The notes under the pieces: generated by a model
What the model saw: the letters and a program-made list of their open reading frames with translations, nothing else
Told to the model about the DNA's origin: nothing
Databases searched by the model: none
Translations under genes and position numbers: made by a program
In this document: positions 31,913 through 40,000 of the stretch, piece after piece
Layout: each line of letters opens with the position of its first letter
Numbering within the stretch: the stretch's first letter is position 1
Virus record (IMG/VR): IMGVR_UViG_3300044769_000143
Strand: one strand, 5' to 3'
Source of the DNA: a virus
Length of the DNA stretch: 64,000 bases

Positions 31913-32697
31913 TCCAGATTCCTCACTTGGAAACGGACATTACTACTGCCTGCCAGCTCTCCTGCGTGGCGTGCAACCATCACGTTCCCCTGTGGCGGAA
32001 AGTTGGACCTAAGCACGCTTCTGTTGAGCAGGTGAAGCGGGATCTGAACCACCTCACTACTATACTACACGCGCACGTGTGGGGAGCGTTGGGTGGGGAG
32101 CCTACCCTGAACCCCGACCTCGTAAATATTCTACAGATTGCTCGTCACAGCGGTATTGCTGACAAGCTCGAGGTGTGGACCAATGGTCTCCTACTCCCTC
32201 GAATGAGCGAAGCGTTCTGGCGTAGCTTTGATGTGCTAGTCCTGTCAATCTATCCAGGTAAGCACACCGAAGAAAGTCTCAAGTGGATCATGACAAAGTG
32301 CGCCACTTCGGGCGTGAAGTTTTCACCCCGTGATGAGACAAAGAATCCAAACTTCCGCACGCTACTCGAGAAGGTTCCCACAGGCTACGAAGAGACAAAG
32401 CGAAAATATGCTGGTTGTTTCTTTCGGCAGTTTTCGCGTGTTGCGAACTGGGGATACTTTTATACATGTTGCTGTGCTCCCCATATGTCTACGCTCGTGC
32501 AGGGAAAAGCGGAAAATCCGGACGGGATTAAAATAGAAGGACTGACTGAAGAAGCGCTGTATGCGTATCTGGCAGACCCAGAGCCGCTTTCAGCATGTAC
32601 AACTTGCGCCGGTCGGGATACTGCGATCAGTATTCCCTGGCGAGAGGAGCGGGATCCAATTAAATGGTTGCGCGCGAGCGCCGGGAGCGTGGCATGA
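31909..32697 (+). CDS. Radical SAM enzyme with Cys-rich C-terminal region
   Basis: CQLSCVAC (CX3CX2C) at residues 15-22 and a GGEPTL SAM-binding motif. C-terminal CCCAP and CTTC clusters. ATGA overlaps at both ends. Confidence 0.7.
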   Translation: MIQIPHLETDITTACQLSCVACNHHVPLWRKVGPKHASVEQVKRDLNHLTTILHAHVWGALGGEPTLNPDLVNILQIARHSGIADKLEVWTNGLLLPRMSEAFWRSFDVLVLSIYPGKHTEESLKWIMTKCATSGVKFSPRDETKNPNFRTLLEKVPTGYEETKRKYAGCFFRQFSRVANWGYFYTCCCAPHMSTLVQGKAENPDGIKIEGLTEEALYAYLADPEPLSACTTCAGRDTAISIPWREERDPIKWLRASAGSVA

Positions 32698-34817
32698 AAG
32701 TATTTCTGAAGACTCAGTATCAGCTCAGCATAGCGATGGACCGCATTGTATCGAACTTGATTCGTTACAAGTCCAGCAAAGTGACGATTGTCAACTCCCC
32801 AGAAGAATCAGATCTGGCTGTTCTGCACGTAATTGGATATGAAGAGACTGCGCAGAGCATCCGTCGACTCACGGCGCTTGGTAAGAAATACGCAATGATT
32901 CAGTATTGCCTGCGTTCTACTGAGGCACAGAGCGCGCAGGAGTGGATTCCATTGTGGACAGAAGCGGCCTTTGTTTGGTCGTACTACGATTTGCCGAAAC
33001 TGTGCAAGGAAGAGGGTCTGGAGTTCCCGGACACACCGTTCTTGTTTGCACCACTTGGTGTCGATACACAGGTGTTTTCCCAGGGACTTAGTCTTGCCAA
33101 GTATCCACACAAGGTTCTCACAACGGGAACAGTCGCGCCAAGTGAGTGCATCGATCTTGTAAATGCGGCGTGTGCTCAGGTAGACACTCGAATGGGTGCC
33201 CACATGCACGTGGGAATCCTGACAGAAACTACCGAAGAATTCAACGGCTCAATTGTCCACTACGAGCATGAAATACCCGATAACAGACTCGCCCAGCTTT
33301 ACCGACAGACAGAATATGTATGCGGACTACGTCGAGTCGAGGGGTTCGAACTCCCAGCAGCAGAGGGACTTCTTTGTGGGACAATTCCTATTCTTTTTGA
33401 CAAGCCTCACTATCGGGATTGGTTTGGCGACTTTGGTGCTTTGTTCATCAAAGAAGGCACTGATGACGAAATCATTCAGAGTCTTGTAGAAATTTTCCAG
33501 AAGCCAAAATCACATTGGCCGCCGAGAGACATCGAGGGTGCCAAGAAGCAGTTCGATTGGCAGCACATTTGTGAAACGTTCTGGGAATTTGCTAACGAAT
33601 TGGTTCCTGTTGATGCATCAACGTCAAATGTCCAGGTTAGTAAGTCCACGCGTCGACTTCTCTGGATTGGTGATGCTGTTGTTTCTACTGGTTTTGCGAA
33701 GTGTACACACCACATCCTCGAAACTGTCCGGCACGAGTGGGATACCTATGTTCTTGGGTTGAACTATTTCGGTGACCCACATCAGTACCCGTATCCGATT
33801 TTCCCCTGTATTCGTGGCACACGAGGTGACATTTTTGGTCTCTCTCGTATTAAATCACTTATAGATTCAATTCGCCCTGAACTTGTGATAGTACAGAATG
33901 ATCCATGGAACTTTCCAGAGTACATGAAAGCCATTGGAAACGTGCCCACCGTTGGTGTTGTTGCGGTAGATGGCAAAAATTGTCGTGGAGAAGGACTAAA
34001 TGGTCTTCTTCATGCGATTTTCTGGACAGACTTTGGCGCGAAAGAGGCAGCACTCGGTGGCTACCGTGGATCGTCTACGGTAATTCCGCTAGGAGTAGAT
34101 AGAGAGATTTTCAAGCCTATCCGTAAAGAACTTGCCCGTCAATCCATGGGTTTGCCCCAGAAGCAGTCAAAAGGTTTTATTGTTGGAAATATCAACCGAA
34201 ATCAGGCTCGGAAACGGCTGGACCTGACGATTCAGTACTTCTGCGAGTGGGTCAAGACCTATCGGGTTGACGACGCATATCTGTATCTGCACATTGCCCC
34301 TACTGCTGATGTAGGGTACGACGCTTCACAGTTGATGCGGTATTACGGATTGACAGGTCGCCTGATTCTCGCGGAACCTGATCCAGGGTTTGGCATTGCC
34401 GAGACGGCGCTCCCGTTTGTCTATAACAGTTTCGATGTCCAGGTCACGACTACTCAGGGCGAAGGCTTTGGACTGACCACCCTCGAAGGTATGGCCTGCG
34501 GTATTCCGCAAATTCTTCCTAACTGGTCAGCACTTGGTGATTTGTTTTCTGATAGCTGTAATATGGTTTCTTGCCCCACTACAGCTTGCACGCCGAACAA
34601 TATCAATGCGGTTGGCGGTGTGCCGGATAAAGATGAATTCATTGGGGCTTTGAACAGTTTGTACAGCAACGAACAGTACCGATCGAATCGTAGTGAACAG
34701 GTGCTTCAGAAAGCTTCTGAGGCGCGATTCGTTTGGAAGAGCGTTGGAGACAAATACATCGAAGCTCTTGAGAATGTTTTTGCGCCGAAAGTGATGGTGA
34801 GTTCAAATGGCCTTTAG
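32694..34817 (+). CDS. Fusion of two GT-B (GT4-like) glycosyltransferase modules
   Basis: 707 aa from MKVFLKT. The first module has RVEGFELPAAEGLLCGTIPI. The second has QGEGFGLTTLEGMACGIPQI (EX7E-type GT4 signatures). Confidence 0.7.
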   Translation: MKVFLKTQYQLSIAMDRIVSNLIRYKSSKVTIVNSPEESDLAVLHVIGYEETAQSIRRLTALGKKYAMIQYCLRSTEAQSAQEWIPLWTEAAFVWSYYDLPKLCKEEGLEFPDTPFLFAPLGVDTQVFSQGLSLAKYPHKVLTTGTVAPSECIDLVNAACAQVDTRMGAHMHVGILTETTEEFNGSIVHYEHEIPDNRLAQLYRQTEYVCGLRRVEGFELPAAEGLLCGTIPILFDKPHYRDWFGDFGALFIKEGTDDEIIQSLVEIFQKPKSHWPPRDIEGAKKQFDWQHICETFWEFANELVPVDASTSNVQVSKSTRRLLWIGDAVVSTGFAKCTHHILETVRHEWDTYVLGLNYFGDPHQYPYPIFPCIRGTRGDIFGLSRIKSLIDSIRPELVIVQNDPWNFPEYMKAIGNVPTVGVVAVDGKNCRGEGLNGLLHAIFWTDFGAKEAALGGYRGSSTVIPLGVDREIFKPIRKELARQSMGLPQKQSKGFIVGNINRNQARKRLDLTIQYFCEWVKTYRVDDAYLYLHIAPTADVGYDASQLMRYYGLTGRLILAEPDPGFGIAETALPFVYNSFDVQVTTTQGEGFGLTTLEGMACGIPQILPNWSALGDLFSDSCNMVSCPTTACTPNNINAVGGVPDKDEFIGALNSLYSNEQYRSNRSEQVLQKASEARFVWKSVGDKYIEALENVFAPKVMVSSNGL

Positions 34818-35232
34818 AGTTACCATCAAGGGCGTTGAACAAATGAAGGGTCGTCTCAACCTTATGGGCTTAAAATTGGAGGGAAACCTTCAGAATGCTC
34901 TGATGGAAGAGATGAAGACAGAACAGGAAGAAGTAATTCGTAGAATTCCAAAAGACACACGTGCTTTGTCACAGTCTACGGAACTGTTCGAGGGAGTAAG
35001 AAAAGGTAGTCCTAATCGGAAGGGCATAGTTGCCGCCACGATTACTGTTGGTAATGACCTAACAAATCCGAAAACAGGTCGTAGAACAGCCGATTATGCA
35101 ATTCAGGTGCATGAAGATTTGGAAGCACACCATAATGAGGGGCAAGCGAAATTTCTTGAGAGTACGCTCAAGGAAGCTGCTCCGTATATGGCTGATCGTG
35201 TAATTCGGCGGTTGGATAAGAAGCTAGGCTAA
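34807..35232 (+). CDS. HK97 gp10-like head-tail joining protein
   Basis: 141 aa. YAIQVHEDLEAHHNEGQAKFLE is characteristic of the gp10 family. Confidence 0.55.
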   Translation: MAFRVTIKGVEQMKGRLNLMGLKLEGNLQNALMEEMKTEQEEVIRRIPKDTRALSQSTELFEGVRKGSPNRKGIVAATITVGNDLTNPKTGRRTADYAIQVHEDLEAHHNEGQAKFLESTLKEAAPYMADRVIRRLDKKLG

Positions 35233-35233
35233 T

Positions 35234-35644
35234 ATGTCATCCACCGATTATCTAAAGATATTCGCACAGCGGCCCTTTGAATTGGGCCTGGATGACAATC
35301 ACCGTATCCGAATTGTGTTCAATATTCGGGTAGAAAAAGTACCATCGGATACGTTCGCCCAGGAAATTCTGTCCATGCTTGTTACGGCTGGTGTTGGGAC
35401 TCTGGGAACTAACCTGTTTCTAAGTTCCTCTGTGACCTTGCCGACTGGTGACGGTCCATATCTGTCGGTCATCGAGACCCCAGGGAGGGAGGGCTCCTAC
35501 ATTCAGAACCAAGGTGCTCCTGCGTATGATCATCCTTCTGCTCAAATTGTTTGTAGAGCGAGGGCCAGGGGTCCTGCCTTTGCCATGGCGACTGCAGCGT
35601 ACAACGCTCTCAAAGGCGTTGTGAATCAAACTGTCACCTTTTAG
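35234..35644 (+). CDS. Tail terminator/completion protein candidate
   Basis: 136-aa ORF immediately before the tail tube gene. The assignment is positional only. Confidence 0.35.
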   Translation: MSSTDYLKIFAQRPFELGLDDNHRIRIVFNIRVEKVPSDTFAQEILSMLVTAGVGTLGTNLFLSSSVTLPTGDGPYLSVIETPGREGSYIQNQGAPAYDHPSAQIVCRARARGPAFAMATAAYNALKGVVNQTVTF

Positions 35645-35652
35645 GAGGTAAC

Positions 35653-36210
35653 ATGTCCGAGGGAATGTCGGCACAGGGAACACTCATCGCGGTCAGTCAT
35701 GACCCCAAGTGGCCCATTATCAACCCGAGCGGTGGGGTTGCTGCGTTCACAAATATCGGCGAGTTGCGCGAGATCACCGCTCCGGCGCTCACGCGTAACA
35801 CGATCGAACTGACGAACCACAACAACGCAGACGACGAATACATTGTTGGTATTCGCCGTCACGGGGACATGACGTTCAACGTCAACTTCGTGCCTCGTAA
35901 TTCTACCATCGATCACCTGACGGGCCTTCAGCAGAAGTGGTTCACAGGTAGTCGTAACATCTACAAGCTGACCTATCCCGACGGAACGGCGTGGATGTTC
36001 AGCGGGTTCATCACGAACTTCGGTGTATCGGCCCCGGTCGATGATCGTCTGTCGGCTGACGTGACGATTCGACCCACCGGAAGGCACGACTGGATCGTTG
36101 GCACGCCAAATCCGCCAACCCTTCTCGATTTCGAGTCGATGACGTCCTTGTCTCCGGACAAGGACAAGGACAGGGACCTCGGTGAGCGGTCCCGTCCGAT
36201 TGCGCCGTAA
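35653..36210 (+). CDS. Major tail (tube) protein with disordered C-terminal extension
   Basis: 185 aa with AGGAGG SD. Position before the chaperones and TMP; TP901-1/lambda-V-like pattern. The last about 36 aa are Pro/Ser/Asp/Lys-rich. Confidence 0.6.
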   Translation: MSEGMSAQGTLIAVSHDPKWPIINPSGGVAAFTNIGELREITAPALTRNTIELTNHNNADDEYIVGIRRHGDMTFNVNFVPRNSTIDHLTGLQQKWFTGSRNIYKLTYPDGTAWMFSGFITNFGVSAPVDDRLSADVTIRPTGRHDWIVGTPNPPTLLDFESMTSLSPDKDKDRDLGERSRPIAP

Positions 36211-36285
36211 GTAGTTCGTTGGCTGAGTGCGGGGAGGGGAACGGTGATTCCCCTCCCTCGAAAGGAACAGGATAGGGAGAATACA

Positions 36286-36663
36286 ATGAGCGAGAATGGC
36301 AAGCGTTACCTGACTGCAGAACAGATCCTCGAGATGGACGATCTCAACACGATGGACGTTGAGGTCCCTGAGTGGCCGGTCGACGGCGAACCGGGCGTTA
36401 TTCGCCTCAAGACATTGACTGCACGGGAAGCCCTCACTTTCCAGAAGCAGATGCAAACATCCGCAAAGGCACGCGAAGATGCGATGGTCGCAATCGTGGT
36501 GCTCTCCGCTGTGGATGGTGGTGGAAACCGCCTTTTCAATTCCAAGCAGGTTGAGTTGCTGCGAGACAAGAGTGTGAAGGTATTCACTCGTCTTCAGACT
36601 GCCGCCATGGAGTTGAATGGATTCTCCACGCCGAAGAAGGATGAAGAACTAAAAAACGTCTAG
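36286..36663 (+). CDS. Tail assembly chaperone (gpG-like)
   Basis: Start at MSENGKRY (GGGAGA SD). Acidic about 125-aa protein upstream of the TMP, ending just after the slippery heptamer. Confidence 0.65.
   Translation: MSENGKRYLTAEQILEMDDLNTMDVEVPEWPVDGEPGVIRLKTLTAREALTFQKQMQTSAKAREDAMVAIVVLSAVDGGGNRLFNSKQVELLRDKSVKVFTRLQTAAMELNGFSTPKKDEELKNV
36651..36657 (+). other. -1 programmed ribosomal frameshift site A_AAA_AAC
   Basis: The zero frame reads CTA AAA AAC GTC TAG. The -1 frame reads straight into 36675-37019 (CGT CTA GCG CGT GGA ACC ATG...) with no stop. Confidence 0.7.
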
Positions 36664-36674
36664 CGCGTGGAACC

Positions 36675-37019
36675 ATGCGTAGGTTCGCCTACGATTTGGC
36701 TCTGCGCCTTGGGCGCGTAAACGTCGACGAAATGCTCGACGAAATATCGTGGAATCAGTTCGAGGAGTGGATGGTGTATGATAGTCTTACACCATTCACT
36801 TCTGACCGTGACGAATATCGATTCGCAAGTATTGTTTCGATGTTGGCAAACATAAACCGTGATTCAAAGAAGCAAAAAGATCCCTGGCCAATAGATCAGT
36901 TTGTATTACGGTTTGGTGATATGCCAGAAGCAGCTTCGTTGAAGAAAAAGCAGACTGCTGAAGAACAAAAGCGAATTGGTAGGGAGTATTTCCTAATGTT
37001 TGGTGGGGGCGGGGAATAA
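36675..37019 (+). CDS. gpT-like frameshift extension of the tail assembly chaperone (DUF4035-like)
   Basis: EISWNQFEEWMVY...FASIVSMLANI resembles DUF4035. Probably expressed as a G-T fusion (36286..36657 joined to 36657..37019), not from its own ATG. Confidence 0.6.
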   Translation: MRRFAYDLALRLGRVNVDEMLDEISWNQFEEWMVYDSLTPFTSDRDEYRFASIVSMLANINRDSKKQKDPWPIDQFVLRFGDMPEAASLKKKQTAEEQKRIGREYFLMFGGGGE

Positions 37020-40000
37020 ATGGGTACTATTGTCCTAGGAACACTCCAGTTTGTCAATCAGGCTTCGCCACAGATTATGGCTGTGGCGAACTCGTTGGAT
37101 ACACTTGGAGCTGCAGCTCGTAGTCTTGGGATGCAGTTGATTGTCTTAGGAGGTACTCTTTACCGTTCTCTAACTGTTCCTTTGATGGGACTTGTTAAAA
37201 TCGGGATAGATTTTGAACATCAGTTTGCCAATGTTGTCAAGACAGTTCAGGGCTTTGGCTATGTAGATGCTTTTGGTAAACTGAATATTCAGGCGAAGGC
37301 ATTTCAGGATCAACTTCGTGAGATGGCAACAAGATTGCCATTTACGCACAAGCAGCTCACAGAGATTGCAGCATTTGGCGGACAGTTCGGCGTACATAAG
37401 CGGGATCTAGCAGATTTTACCGAAACAGTTGCCAAACTTGGTACTACGATTGATGGCATCGAAGTTGAGACTGCTGCAAAAGCTCTGGCCCAGATCAAGA
37501 ACATTACAGGTGATGCTTCCAAAGGCTACGGAAAACTAGCGGCAACTCTCGTCGATCTTGGCAACAAGGGTATCTCTACCGAGGGTACTATCCTCGAAAT
37601 TACCCGACGTATGTCAGGTGCTGGTGCAGTTGCTAAGATGTCTTCGTCTCAGATGTTTGGTTGGTCAGCTGCAGTTGCAAATCTTGGTCATCGTTCAGAG
37701 CTTGGCGGTAATGCGATTGCAAATACCATCCTGAAAGTTTCGCGTTCTGTTGCAGAGGGTGGAGATAAACTTGCTGCACTTGCCAGAATTTCAGGAAAAT
37801 CTGCAAAACAGTTTGCAGAAGATTGGGGTAAAGATGCATCAGCTGCATTGAATCAGTTGCTTACCAGAATTTCCACGATGTCGAAGACTAAAATCCCTTC
37901 GGCAATTTCAGAATTGTTCGGTACATCCGTTCGTCAGAATCAGGTGTTGTTGACTCTTGTCAACACGATGGATGATTTGAACAAGACTCTTGGAGATTCA
38001 GAAACTGCCTATAAAAAAGGCACAGCAATGGAGGACGAGTTTGCGAAGAAGGCAATAACCCTCCAGAATCAGTTAGCAGTTTTGCAGAATCGTGTACGTG
38101 ATGTAGCAATTACGATAGCACAGCCTTTCATGGATGCGCTTCGTGGTGTTATTATTTGGTTGGACCCATTCTTTAAGCATATCGAAAGTCTTGCGAAAAG
38201 TTTTTCTGAATTAGATAAAAGTGCACAACGGATTATTGTAACATTTGCAGTACTTGGCGGAGTTGGAATTCCAACTCTAATAATTGCTGTTGGTGGACTT
38301 TTGTGGGTTTTCGGTTCACTTGTTGGAATTCTTGCTCAGGTTGGCATAGCAATTGCAACTATTGGAGGTTCAGCAGCTACAGCTTCTCTTCTAGGCTGGC
38401 TTACTGCATCTTCTGCTGCGATTGGTGCTTTTGTAGTGAGTGCTTCGACTCTTGTAGGTGTGGTTTTGTTGGTTATAGGAACATTGTACGCTCTTACAAA
38501 AGCTAGAGACGCTGCTTTTGATAGTTGGGTTGCTCCACAAATTATACAGATGGCTCAGGATTTTGGAGTTCTTTCTAAAGAAGTAAAGACGTTTGCATCT
38601 GCTGAAGAAGAAGCGGCATATAAATCAGAACAATTGGGTTTGGCGTATTATGGTCTTCGGCAGAAAGTTATTGATTTTGGTGTGGAGCAGGGTATCATTG
38701 GTGATAAAACTCAGGACATGATCACCAATTGGGATTCGTTGTATTCCAAGTTTGGTAGTGTTTCAAAAATCCTAGATATACTTAGAAGGCAATTTATTGA
38801 CTTCTCCAAGGATGTAGCTCCTCCTGACTGGTTAATGATGATATTGACTGGAGGAGCTGGGGCATGGACTCTCAATGCTATAATGAATGCAAATACGAGA
38901 CGTAACTATGTTCCACCTGCTGGAGCTAATATTGCTCCAAAGGGCTTCAGACTTCCGGCTGAAGATGAAAAAGAACTTGGCGCTTTAATTCCATTTCCAG
39001 AAACAATAGGCCGTCTTCCAAGAATGGGTTTTGGAGGAATGGCCTATAGTGATGTATTTAGCAAGGTCAATAAGGACTTAGCTCTAACAAATCTGTTGAT
39101 GTCTAAGAATCAGGTTATTCAGAGTGACCTGAATGCCATGTTGTTGGAGGAAACTCCATATGAAAGAATGGCAAAAGATGCAAAAGCTGCTTCTGAAGCA
39201 GCTAGAAAAGAGGCTGAAGCTTTAAAGAAGTTGATGGAAAATTTCGAGTTCTATCAGGATATGCACAAAATGATTGGACTTGAAGATTACATGAAGTTCA
39301 ATCGAATGACCATTGCTCTTCAGGATCTTACTTCAAAAGGAATTAAGCCGGGCGCAGCATTCTTTAGAGAATACGGCGATACTGCTGTTAAAGCGGCTGA
39401 TTATATCACAGCAACTGGTGGAACAATTTCTAAAGAAATGAAAGGCATTATTGCTGGATCTGAAGAAAATATAAAGAAACTGAATGAAATATTTTTGGAG
39501 ATGGCAGATCCGAAAAAGTTTAGCACAAAACTTCAGGAATTCGGACTTAGCATATATGAATTCAAACAGGAATTGGATGATCTTCAGTTCGAGCAGTGGG
39601 TTGAACGTCAGACTAACGCAACAGTTCAAGCAATTGCAAAGTGGGAACATGGCTTAAAGGATCTGAAAGAAAAGGTAGATATTAAGCCATCAAATGTTTC
39701 AATTGAATTGTGGGAAAGATACGTAGCTACATTAAATCAGATAGAAGTTGGAAAACTTGCGCGTATTGTCCGCGAGTCGGACGAACTGCGTAAGGTGTAT
39801 GTTCTCTTCTCTAAGCTTCCTGGTGGCGGGTTTGGAATCAAAGCTATTGAAGATTTCTTGAACTTGATGGGTGGTGGTAAGGCGAAAGGTGGGGAAGATG
39901 ATCCTACAAAGAAAATACAGACTGGTATAGAAAAAGTTCACAAACTTGTTAAAGATACTGCTCAGGCATTTAGTAAGCTCAAGAGTATTATGGGAGATAC

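Noticed and set aside
33335-33365. GGGGTTCGAACTCCC, a tRNA T-arm-like sequence.
   Set aside because: It lies in-frame inside the double GT-B gene. No acceptor, D or anticodon arms can be built around it. I found no tRNA in the non-coding regions either.
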